Shown in pieces: positions 13,896 to 25,157 of a stretch of 64,000 nucleotides of DNA. Source of the stretch: Botryllus schlosseri (lineage: Eukaryota). Each line of letters starts with the position of its first letter. Position 1 is the first letter of the stretch. The DNA lies in assembly GCA_051294905.1 (NCBI GenBank), contig CM119371.1, positions 18,478,001 through 18,542,000 on the forward strand. Direction: 5' to 3'. A model generated the notes under the pieces. It was not told the DNA's origin, ran no database searches, and worked only from the letters and a program-made list of their open reading frames with translations. A program made the translations under genes and the position numbers.

Positions 13896-14301
13896 TACTA
13901 TTATATTGATAATCCAAATTTTTTGACGGTTTTAACTCCGCTTCCACTGGTTAGAATTGAACCAAATTAAATAAACATCGTTTCTGTAGACAACATAACA
14001 CTTTCATGGGGTGAACAGAAAATTTTGAAATTTTTCCATTCATTTTTATATATTATATAAAACAATTTCTTCTCCATTAGCAATGCTGGTCTACTGGTTG
14101 GAATCTAACCAAATTTGGTGTGCAGGCTTGCATTAGGTAACCTAACAATTTTATCAAGTAGCCAGTACGATTGGAGGGGGAAAAAGTCATTTTTGCAGTA
14201 TTTATTGGTGGCCATCGACATGCAAATTGAGTTTATAAGTTGACTCCCTAATTTTTGAGAGATTTCAATGAATCCAGAAATTTTCATCGCATTTTCTTCA
14301 T

Positions 14302-14681
14302 TGCAACGAACAACACATTCATATTCGCAATTTATTCACTATAAGCTTTTCAAGAGACCCTCGTCGGAGATTGCAATTCGAAATGGAAAGATGAAATAGG
14401 TAGTGTGACATAAGATGGTATAACAACAACGAGAGATTTCACGAAACGAGAGCGTTACGCAAAAATGCGATTAGTGCAATACAAATAAGCTATAATATAT
14501 ATAGCCAGAGACGCAACACTAATGAAAAACACGGAGAGAATAGAGTCGGTCCTTTTGCCGACAAAGAATCTTTACATTTCGAATTGCAATCTCCGTATTA
14601 TACTGACAGCCACTACCAACGAGGGTCAGTTGGAAAGCTTATAGTGATCAAATTGCGAATATGAATGTGTTGTTTGTTGCA
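14302..14681. repeat. MITE-like inverted repeat (~90-bp arms)
   Basis: CAACACATTCATATTCGCAATTT..CACTATAAGCTTT..CGGAGATTGCAATTCGAAATG is mirrored at 14575-14681. Confidence 0.7.
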
Positions 14682-15036
14682 GTATTCAAATTCTGTACCA
14701 CAAGGAACCTATTTTCTTCATTACAACTTTATTTTTCAATTTTAATGTAGTACTGCTTTTAGCAATCTGCGCCGCACAGTACATATGTGAACGGCACAGG
14801 AAAATTATGCACCCCATATTGAAATATCAATTTGGAATCATGTGCTCCTCACGAAAGGAATCTGGTATGGTTGGGCGACTCTATTATCTTTCACTGTACC
14901 GGCAATCCTGAGGGCATGTCATGTACTAACAGCATGCAACAAAGTGAAGTGAAGATCCATACCATCATATCATCATATATAACTTGCCCAAAATTTTCGA
15001 TAGCTCCCCTTCGTAAACTCTACCAGTGAATCTGAT

Positions 15037-15503
15037 CGCATGCGCTGAGAAAAGTTAGATTATTGATAGTAAGATGTGAAACATTCGTGAATCTGAAAAT
15101 ATTGCGCGACTATATCGAATACCAGAAACTATTGATTACATGACCATTTGTCGATATGAATAAATCGATTAATCCAGAATTCACCGGAAGTGTACAAGGA
15201 CAGTTTAACATGGGAATTTGACTATTTGGAGTCCAGGTAGTTCATTACGACAACCCCGTGGACGTGGAATGCGTCCTTAAGGTATATGAATGATCGAAAT
15301 ACAGCCGTGACTAGCAAAAGGTTGGGCATCACTGTTTTAGATCAATGTCTACACTAGTTTCGTGCAATACATTATTGTTATTGTTTGTTAGCTTATTTGA
15401 CATTCTGAGACAAATACAACACCAGAACTAATTCGTAGCCAACACTCAACACTTGAAAATCAACTTTAATTTGGTTAATTATCATTCTTTCTGTTAACTC
15501 TAG
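15037..15503 (+). promoter_or_regulatory. Candidate promoter, 5' exon and intron upstream of the zinc-finger ORF
   Basis: CGCATGCGC (NRF1-like, 15037-15045), ACCGGAAGTG (ETS-like, 15183-15192), donor CAG|GTAG at 15236/15237, pyrimidine tract plus acceptor TAG ending 15503. Motif evidence only. Confidence 0.35.
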
Positions 15504-15624
15504 GAACTTTTCGTACAGGATCGTCATTGACTTGACTATTGTCAGTCATTATTGCCACACAAAAGATAATCAATGTGATATCTGTTGAAAAGAATTTGCT
15601 GGAAAGAGTAATCTCAAGATTCAT

Positions 15625-16833
15625 ATGGAAATGGATACCGGTGTCCGACGTCACAGCTGCGATGTTTGTGGAAAGGAATTCACACTAAAGGGCAATCTGA
15701 ATAAACACATGGCTATCCACTCTGGTGTTAAAAGCTATAAATGTGATGATTGTGGCAAAGGATTTACTTACAAGTGCAACCTAAAGACGCATATGAGAAT
15801 ACATGGTGGTGTGCCAGAAATGTGCCAGAAATGTGATATTTGTGGAAAAGTATTCGTTACAAAAGCCTCCTTAAGCCGCCATCTTGATGTCCATGCTGGT
15901 GTCAAAAATCATATATGTGGTGTATGTGGGAAAGAATTCACGCAAAAGGGTGAGCTCAAGACACACAGCAGTGTGCATACCGGTGTCAGCAGCCATACCT
16001 GTGATATTTGTGGAAAAGTTTTCACTACAAAACGCTCCTTAAGCCGCCATCTTGATGTCCATGCTGGTGTCAAAAATCATATATGTGGTGTATGTGGGAA
16101 AGAATTCACGCAAAAGGGTGAGCTCAAGACACACAGCAGTGTGCATACCGGTGTCAGCAGCCATACCTGTGATATTTGTGGAAAAGTTTTCACTACTAAA
16201 CGCTCCTTGATCCAGCATCTTAATATCCATGCTGGTGTCAAGAATCATAAATGTGGTGTATGTGGGATAGAATTCACGCAAAAGGGAGACCTCAAGACGC
16301 ACATCAGTATGCATACTGGTGTCAAAAGACACAAATGTGAAGTTTGTGGGAAAGGATTCATTTCTAAATCTGACTTGAAGAGGCATCTTTATGCTCATGT
16401 TGATGTCAAAAGATATAAATGTGAAATTTGTTGGAGAGAATTCACTTCTAAATCTGCCTTGAATATGCATCTTGACATTCATGCTGGTGTCAGAGATCAT
16501 AGATGTGATGTATGCGGTAAAGAATTCACACAAAAAGGTGACCTCAAGACACACTTAGCCATGCATGCCGGTGTCAAAAGCCATAGGTGTGATGTTTGTG
16601 GAAAGGTATTTACTCAAAAGAGTAACCTAAAGGCTCATCTTACTGTGCATGCAGGTGTAAAAAATCATAATTGTGATATTTGTGGAAAAGCTTTCACTGC
16701 CAAATCTTCCTTAAGAACTCATCTTCTTATCCATGCTGGTGTCAAAAATCATAAATGTGATGTATGTGGGAATGCATTCACACAAAAGGTTGAACTCAAG
16801 AAACACATGGCTAGACATGCTGATGTCGTCTAA
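15625..16833 (+). CDS. Tandem C2H2 zinc-finger protein, 14 fingers (402 aa)
   Basis: 14 CxxC-x12-HxxxH units with (A/T)GVKxH linkers. Decayed fingers flank the ORF (in-frame TGA at 15586-15588; frameshifted fingers 16834-17070), so it could be a truncated gene or young pseudogene. Confidence 0.85.
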   Translation: MEMDTGVRRHSCDVCGKEFTLKGNLNKHMAIHSGVKSYKCDDCGKGFTYKCNLKTHMRIHGGVPEMCQKCDICGKVFVTKASLSRHLDVHAGVKNHICGVCGKEFTQKGELKTHSSVHTGVSSHTCDICGKVFTTKRSLSRHLDVHAGVKNHICGVCGKEFTQKGELKTHSSVHTGVSSHTCDICGKVFTTKRSLIQHLNIHAGVKNHKCGVCGIEFTQKGDLKTHISMHTGVKRHKCEVCGKGFISKSDLKRHLYAHVDVKRYKCEICWREFTSKSALNMHLDIHAGVRDHRCDVCGKEFTQKGDLKTHLAMHAGVKSHRCDVCGKVFTQKSNLKAHLTVHAGVKNHNCDICGKAFTAKSSLRTHLLIHAGVKNHKCDVCGNAFTQKVELKKHMARHADVV

Positions 16834-17234
16834 CATAACTGTGATATTTGTTGGAACGGATTGATTTCGGCACTTGCAGAGAAAAAGCATCTTGATGTCC
16901 ATGCTGGCGGCAAAAGCGATAAATGGGCTATTTGTAGAAGATATTCTTCTCTTCAATCTGCCATGAAAAGACACATTACTGTTCACACTGGTGTCTAAAA
17001 GGGTAAATAGTTTATATGTGCGGAAAGATTCGTTAAAACGATTTACCTCAAGATTCATGTTGATATGCATGACGGTGGCAAGAATCCAGGGCTTTATAGC
17101 AGCCGTAAACTTTAACTGCCCCAGCTCCGGAGCCGGAGCTTTCTTCTATCATACATTAGCTCCGGCTCCAGCTTCGGAGCCGCATTATTACCACTGCTCC
17201 GGCTCTGAAAATTATCGAATGGGTCTGTCTATAT

Positions 17235-17939
17235 CAGGGGTGGCCAACCTGTGGGCCAAATGTGGCCCGCGAGAGGGTTTTGAGTGGCCCGCGAAGTAAT
17301 AACCTGTATATTATCGAAATCCTGTTATATTATCGAAAATGAATTGCTCAGATTGTGAACTTGCAAGGCCAACCAAAAATTACAAGTCTGGCTGCGACAC
17401 TTGAGATGTTGACGACTAAAAATATCAGGTTCGACGCTTTGGCAGATCCGGGGTCCAGTCTCATTTTTAGTAAATCGTCGTAAATTACAATAAACCAAAA
17501 TAGTAGTGAAATTTTTCTTCACGCTTCGCGTGTTTGATTGTAACACGTAACGCGATTTCTTGCTTGGTAGCCTACCATCTCCTGAAAATGCAAAAAAAAA
17601 AAATAACTTACACGATTGAGTATAACTGTAATCGCAATTACGGAAGAAAGTATTTTCGCGTTTGTGCTCGCATGTGGGCATAAAATGATTGTTGCATATT
17701 ATAGAAAACATTCGATATCGATGTGACCAGACGCCGAATAGTCGTGTACTTGCAAACCGAGCCCAGCGGGCGGTATACAGTAAACCCGCAATATAAGCTA
17801 CTCAAGTCATAATATTATTGACCCAGTTCATTTCTAAACTTTGAAATTTTTACCCGCTTGGCGCGGCTAGTGGACAGCACACTCGTTCGTCAATTGCATG
17901 TCCCCGTGCCCCTTTAGCCGAAACGGCTGGCCATCCCTG
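17235..17939. mobile_element. hAT MITE
   Basis: CAGGGGTGGCCAACC ... GGCTGGCCATCCCTG; TSD GTCTATAT at 17227-17234 and 17940-17947. Confidence 0.88.
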
Positions 17940-18317
17940 GTCTATATAGATTACTGATCTACCCATAGGTTAGTTATTTATAGTAATCTAGAGTCTGTCA
18001 TCCGTCGGTAACATCGGATGCAGCAACGAAGACATAGGTGCCGCCGTGCCAGCTTGTGACGTCATAATGAATGCTTGTTAAGTGTCGATAACATCATAGT
18101 TGCACTAGAACGCACTTTACTCCGTGCCATTGCTGTGCACAGCATTACAATTCAGGCCTGCTGTTGAATTATGTGAAATCAGCAGATATGGTTGTTGCAT
18201 ATATAATAGCATCTTATTAAATACGTCGCAGCCAGAGCTACTCCTCAAATAACGGGCTCCAGCTCTTCGTTCGGTCTATTGACTATATAGTCAACTTTTC
18301 ATGTGCTGCATCCTAAT

Positions 18318-18832
18318 TAGGGCTGGGCAAAATCGAGTACCTGAGTGATTCGATTCTGAATCACGTATTATGCTTCGAGTCGAGTCGAGTATTCGAGTAT
18401 CACACATTATGACGTCATAACGTAATGTAATATGTCAAAGTTCAAATATGTACCATTTACGCCAAAGCAAAGACTATAATGCCTGTTATCCATCACATTA
18501 AAGATGCTTTGATATTTTTTCGACCATACCGATTTCATTGCACTTCGTGACAAGGTTATGGAATGATTATGACTTCGAAAATGTGTTATTTCACGTAAGC
18601 TTTGTAGCTTTGTACTATGTTTCGTATGCTTCAATGCAGCCAATCAGTGATTTAAGCCTTCCACATTGGAAACTAGCATCAAAGCTATAATTCTCGTTGA
18701 TAAATTAACTTTCAGTAGCGAGGAGCTTGTAATTTCAGTACTCGAAAATATCGTCTTTTACTACTCGACTCGAATCATTAAAATTAATACTCGATTCAGA
18801 TTCGAGTACTCGAATCATTGTGCCCAGCCCTA
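18318..18832. mobile_element. hAT MITE with (T)CGAGT-rich ends
   Basis: TAGGGCTGGGCA ... TGCCCAGCCCTA; TSD ATCCTAAT at 18310-18317 and 18833-18840. Confidence 0.88.
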
Positions 18833-19958
18833 ATCCTAATATGTATCATTTTTTATTGTAAGCTGCATTTTTGTCATAGTAACTGTAATATTTTGTATTT
18901 GCCTACACTTGAATGCAATTTTATAACTCATTGCAGAATGCAGAGACATATTATCCACTCAGTTATGTTTCTTAATCCTCATTTTATTGTATTGTTAGTT
19001 GTCTTGACTTTTTCAATAATGTCAATTCTAATTTGTTTTCGCTTCTCCAACTCATTGCATGTTATTAACTGTTTTATGATCTTTATATAATACAAGGTAA
19101 TCGGTAGTGGATACCATTGCATATATGACGGCATGCTATTATGATCAGGTATGCCTAAATAGGTGAAGCAGGAAGGAATGTGTCAGGGTGGTCTTTTAAC
19201 CAACGGATCTACATCCCACACGCTGATGAGAAAACGCAGTACTATTTACATTATTAAAATAGATAGAAAAGACAATGAATTGAGTCGACACAAAATCCCC
19301 CTTTCTACCAACCCGCCGAGCTCTCGTATCTACCGAATCAGAACAGCTTTTCTACATCTCTGGTCTATAAATTGTTTGCTGGGATGGCCAACCAAAAATT
19401 TGATTAGTCTGGCCCCAGCACTTGGGATGTGACGACTAAAATATCAGTTCCGACGTATTGGCAGATCCATGGGCCAGTCGCATTTTGGTAGATCTTCGTA
19501 CATCACAGTAAAGCAAAATATTAAGCGGTAGATTTATCTTGAGTAAAAAATTTTATCACGCTTTCCGCAATATATGTTGAGTCAACATTGTTGACCCTCG
19601 ATTTCTTGCTTTTAATATTGTTACCCCCTCCTGAACGCCTAATGCACCAGATTAAGTCTAATTATTATCGTAATTACGAGAGAAAGTGTCGTCCAACATG
19701 CAACCTTGCGTTTGCACTCGCACAAAGACCGTCAACGATGAAACATGTAGGCATAAATGATTGACGCATGTTGGCCGAGGCTTTCGATATCGATATGTCC
19801 AGGCACCGAATAGTCTAGTGCAGTGGTTCTTAACCTTGCCTCCAGCGCCCCCCAGGGGGCGCTGGCGATTTTGAAGGGGGCGGAAACGCTCAGGGGGCGG
19901 TATGGGGGGCGCTGGAGAAAATGGCTTCGCAGTAGATGATGTGGTGGTAGGACATATC

Positions 19959-21310
19959 CAGGCCGTGTTATTTTTGGCATTTCAGGAGCCAGATGCCAAA
20001 ACTGCCAAAAATAAAAATTTAAAAATGCCAAAAATAAGCAATTTTTGGCATATGCCAAAAATAACACGGCCTGCCAAATAGTGTATTTCGTTCATGGTGT
20101 TGTGTTAACATGACCTCGTTACAAGCGAGAAGAGCGTTTGTGAAAGGCAGGTTTCTTAATCTGGGTCCAGCCCACCAATTACGGGTGAAAGCATGGTGTC
20201 CTAAATGGTGTGGGCACAGCGAGATTGAACGGCTGACTGCATTTGGTTTACGTCATACTTTCCATTTGTCCAAAGGCAATTTCACAACCATTTTTGACCG
20301 GCTTGCCGAGCACTAAATTTGATAAAACAGGCATCAATGAGAAGCTGCCGCAGTACTGATGATTAAAATCTAAATTATATTCTGCTCATGGAACTGGAAC
20401 CCCAAAAATCAAACACAATTTTTGCATTGTGATCGAGTTGAACATTGTGACGCAACAAACTGTCTGGCTATTTCTGACCATAGTCTCGTTTTGCCAGACA
20501 GTCTTGTTGCGTCAATGTTCTTAACAAGCTAACCTTCCCAGGATTCTTCCATGCAAGTTGGTAATATTTAAGCCACCAAGTGACAAAAGTCCTCCGAAAT
20601 TATATCAGTAGACTGAAGGAGAAATGATAATCGGGCTACTAAATAGAATGTGTTGAGCGACAACACAGGAAACTCCTGGAAAAGGATCGGGAAGAAAATT
20701 CTTTCCGCGATGAGATCGATGGTACTGGCGAAGTGATCTCTTTTCATGATGCATGGAAGCCGGTTCGGCCCTCCAAAGATTTTGAAGCTCTGAAAACCTT
20801 TTGTGGATGACTGGCAACATTCTTTCCCTCAACGGCTACTGTTGAAGCCGATATTTCCCAGATTCGCTGGGCGAGAAAAGAATTTAGGAGAAACTTAGCT
20901 GACCTGAGTTTGGAAGCACTGTTACAGTGCAAACGATTTAAGTCTATTCAACAGCTGTAACAATCAGCTGTTGAGCGTGTTTGTTAGGCTTTTCTTTCTT
21001 TTTATTGCTTATTGGCACCGATTCCGATGAATACTGCACATTTTGTGGTTTCGTTTGATATTATTAACCTATGAAATCGTTAGGTTTTTCTTCTTCTTAT
21101 TGTTTGTTGGCACTGATTATACGTGGATGCTGCACATTTTGTGGTGTCTTTTGACAAACTAGCCCAAATAAAGGGTTTTTGTGACTAATTCGAGGCTGAA
21201 ACTATCTATTTAGAGGACGATGCCAAAACTGCCAAAAATAAAAATTGAAAAAATGCCAAAAATAAGTTATTTTTGGCAGTTTTGGCATATGCCAAAAATA
21301 ACACGGCCTG
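19959..21310 (+). mobile_element. hAT-like deletion derivative with a transposase C-terminal remnant
   Basis: TIRs CAGGCCGTGTTATTTTTGGCAT / ATGCCAAAAATAACACGGCCTG; TSD GACATATC at 19951-19958 and 21311-21318. 20823-20960 reads FPSTATVEADISQIRWARKEFRRNLADLSLEALLQCK, resembling the hAT dimerisation region. Confidence 0.85.
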
Positions 21311-21721
21311 GACATATCGCTAATGAGTAATCAGAGCAAATAAACATCGAAAACTTCGACATAAGTTTAATTGTCCATGGGCGCCTAAATGACTGGCACC
21401 GAATGTTCCTGTCTTGGCAATCTAAACCCCAGAAGACGAAGTCATCTGGCAGGGAAAAATTACAAGCCAGTGAAAAAATCCCAATTTGAAATCGTGTGCG
21501 TCTTTTAGTGTAGTACGATTGGGCGACAGGGATATCTAAAGCTAGATATTCCTGTAGATATTCCTGTCGGGCGACATCCCTGTTGGGCGATTCTATATTT
21601 TTTGATATAGCAGACAGGAGGTCACGAAATAACATCATGCAACGAAGTCATACCAACGGGTTCGCTCGCCCGAACATGTTTAATTATTAGTTACGGGCCC
21701 TACAGTTTCCAAGACACCTCA

Positions 21722-21913
21722 CAATGTTCGCTCTACGTTTTGACGAGTCTGCGGCCTGCGCACATTCAACAACTCACTGCGCAGACCCTTGGAAAATAGT
21801 GCGTAACGACTAAAAAAAGGTCATAACTTCGGATTTGTTGTGCGCAACGTAGATTTTCTGTGCGCAGGGACCTCGTCAGCACTGCGCACATGCGCAGCTT
21901 AGAGGGAACATTG
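21722..21913. mobile_element. Short hAT MITE (CAATGTTCCCTCTA family)
   Basis: CAATGTTCGCTCTA ... TAGAGGGAACATTG flanked by CACCTCA(C); sister copy at 59321-59505. Confidence 0.75.
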
Positions 21914-22637
21914 CACCTCACTCAGCTCTAACGGTAAATGGATTGCAAGATATATGCAATTCCCGATCTTACTGACCGATTTTATCATGAATTATCGAAA
22001 GTTTTCGCGCTTCGCATTGGCTCGCTAAACAGTACAGTTGATTTCGTGGCTGAAGCGAACAACGTGATGGGGGCTGTCGGTTTATCACCCTATGGAAGCC
22101 CAAGACCTAAGTTTTTTTTCGGGGGGCCTGATGAAGTGCCGTTTCGTTCCTGCCAACGGGTATACGCCCGAAGATGTATAATTATTATTGAGCGGTCCTA
22201 CCCTACATCATTCAGCTCTACCGGTAAATCTGTTTACGTGAGCAGAGAGAGGATAAAAATTGATATCAATATACATGCAATTCCCGATTATATTGACCAA
22301 TTCAATCATTAATTATTAAAAATTTTCGCGCTTAGCGCGTCTAGGCAAGAATAGCTGGCTCAGTAAATGGACACCCAATGTAGATGACTATAGTATTGCA
22401 GCAATTAGAGCTTATGGTCTCTGATGATCTGGATAGAAGTACAGCTAACCAATCGTCTTGGTGCTCGGCTATACAATACTTATCTCGAGAAGCTGTTGCC
22501 TTGGGTGAAGTTCTTCGTAACAGATATATGCTCAATACAATGGTTTATTCGACGTTGATGCAGTAGTAGCGTATAGAGTCTCAATCATAATAATCATCTA
22601 AAACACTTGTTACAGGCACTTATGTACTAGTCTGGAC

Positions 22638-25157
22638 CAGACATGTGGTAATCGCGATTAGTAATCGTAATCGATTACGACGATTACAGCATTTTGAAGT
22701 AATCGTAATCGCAATCGATTACATTCGAAAAAAATCCGAAGTAATCGTAATCGTAATCGACTGCTTCCCATATCTAATCGATTTCTTTGTCAAAGGACGA
22801 TTACTTTTTGTTTGTACAAGGACTATGACATAAACTGAATATTCGTGAACAAGAATGAGATAATATACCTCGTTAGCGATAGCACAAACGTCTGATTTTC
22901 AAACGCCACTACTCATTATTACGTCAGAAGTATTAGCTCCGCTCGTCATTGCGTAACAAGTATCCACAGTCCACACATAGTAAACAGACATGCGATGGAC
23001 ATTGTAGCGTGATTGTAAGAACACCCCAGTGGTGTATATCAGGTTATCAATATACTACAGAAACCCTTACCACGCAGCAGGATATTGATCACCACTCTGC
23101 CTATAGTTTCAAATAGTAACTAATGTATTGATGTTTGGTTGTGCTTAGTTAAATGCAGTTTCAACGTTGCTGCTTGCCGAGCAGTAGGCCTACGTACGCA
23201 CGTACACGTACACCTGACAAAAATTCGGAATTTTGTACTCGTCGAATAAAACATTGCAGTATCAAGAACGAAGCATTACCAATAAACAGCTGCTGATATA
23301 TATCATAACAGAGCCGTGCTTAGCCGTTTCTCGTAACAGCAGCTCGCATAGTATCTGTATTAAGTTGAAGGCAGAATTTTTATGTTCGCTATATCTTATT
23401 CCCAAATAACTACTTGAAACGGGCGCCAATCGTTATTTCACAGGTCATTAGTCAGCATTTGGACCTGCCGCCATAACCATCCGCTTATATAGCCTGACAT
23501 GTTAGCGTGGGTTGTAGCTAGAATGTGAACCAACAGCAATTCGTCCCCCAGTCCAACCGTTGGTCAATTTTCAAAACTGAATTTCGTCAATAATGTTGGT
23601 CATTGCATTAGATTACTATTCATTTTTAATCTCTCTCAGCCCCGAGTGTCAGATTTACCTGTAGAGCTGGGGCACGTAATTCATAATTATAGCATCTGGT
23701 ATGTTGTCATAATTACTTTATTGCATGCTGTTAATTCGTGACCTCCAGTCTGTTGATTAATCAAAAGATATTGTACTCGCCCAAACGTAGCACACTAAAA
23801 GAATATCTTTCGTGAGACGCACACGTAAATTGTCATGGCTTTATTCCTATGTGGATGCGCCGGGTGGCATTTGCATTGTGGGCTCAGATTGGAAGGACAG
23901 GACGATTATTAGTCACGCCCACCCAGCGCGGCTATTTACAACGGACGAATACCCTAAGTTTCGGCCAAGGTATTTCTTTGGTGTCACATCCCGTGGAGTT
24001 GCGTGTTGGCTGAAACTGCATATCTCTTTTGGTTTGTTGTGGGATCGTGGCGCGGTAATGACCGGCTCCGAAATCCCTGTTCCCATAAAATAGTTATATG
24101 CATGTTTTTTCTTGAGGGGGAGAGGTATATGCATTTCAAACCCAGCTATATCTACTGGGGCAGGGGTCACCAACCGTTTTGAAACAAAAAACTACTTCTT
24201 GTGTAGTGTGTACTGATTATTGCGACGACCGACGGGTTACCACTTACTCCCACCGTTTATCCGTGCTAGTTGGATTTCTTCACTTAGAGTAAGACAATCA
24301 GAGCACTGGGCCGGGTTTCCGCCCTTTACCAAGAACAAAAAACGCTCACACGCCGGGACTCACACCGTATCCTCCGGGCTCAGTTGTGTTCTGCAGTGCG
24401 CGCCAAAGCGCTAATCTCCGCGTCGAGACTCGGGAATATTAACTACAGATTCCCGTTGAGCCGCCGCGTGGGCGAAGACGAGCAATGCCCCGAGCGACTG
24501 CGTTCGTATGTTCCTTGGGGTCGGCCGACCCATACTCAACTGCTGCTCATGCTCATATGAAACCAGCTTCAACTGTCAAATCTTTCATTTGAATATCTGC
24601 TACAGCGACCGCGGGCGACTCATTTGGTCCGCGTTGGTGACCCCTGTACTAGAGACATTTGAATCGCGAAGCTCGAAGAACATTTTCAAGAATTAATTAA
24701 ATTCTCGAAAATACTCTATAATTTATGTTGGTTTACGAAATACTTTTGAGTCCCCTTCGAGCACGCACCCCGCCCTATTAAGGAATTTGGGGTGCGGCAG
24801 GTAAAGACCTGGCAATAATGCAAATCGTTGGGTGCGATAAATCATCCCAATAAAGTTGGGAAATTGGTATATTATGACGTAATAAGCAAATGACGCATGA
24901 TGTATGAAGAGAGTTGATATCTCATCAAGCCTTTTCATCGCAATCCTTGTATTGTCTTCCAATATATCCTTTGAGATTATAGTCCTTATAGAAGCAAAGC
25001 AAATGTAATCGTGAGTAATCATGATTACTTTTCCAATGTAATCGTAATCGACTACTTCCTGATTTTGCTGTAATCGTAATCGTAATCGTAATCGCGTGAT
25101 TCTGAAGTAATCGTAATCGCAATCGATTACATTCATGAAGTAATCACCCCATGTCTG
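22638..25157. mobile_element. Non-autonomous hAT element with (GTAATC)n subterminal arrays, inserted in the LTR
   Basis: CAGACATG ... CATGTCTG; TSD GTCTGGAC at 22630-22637 and 25158-25165; empty site visible in the other LTR (57001-57008). Confidence 0.92.
24161..24646. mobile_element. hAT MITE nested in 22638-25157
   Basis: CAGGGGTCACCAAC ... GTTGGTGACCCCTG; degenerate TSD TACTGGGG / TACTAGAG; absent from the sister copy near 29520. Confidence 0.75.

Larger units (their letters stand above)
11838..14200. mobile_element. Older foldback-type element hosting two nested insertions
   Basis: 11838-12200 (CCGTACTGGCTACTTGATTAAATTGTTAAGTTACCTAA) is the inverse of 13900-14200 (TTAGGTAACCTAACAATTTTATCAAGTAGCCAGTACG). 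Related to the 13100-13718 family and to 6180-6510. Boundaries approximate. Confidence 0.6.

Noticed and set aside
16039..16554. Antisense ORF over the zinc-finger gene
   Set aside because: Shadow frame of the repetitive finger codons.
24330..24430. tRNA gene on the minus strand
   Set aside because: Only degenerate A/B-box-like motifs and no convincing cloverleaf; at most a SINE relic. The same applies to ~58160-58285.
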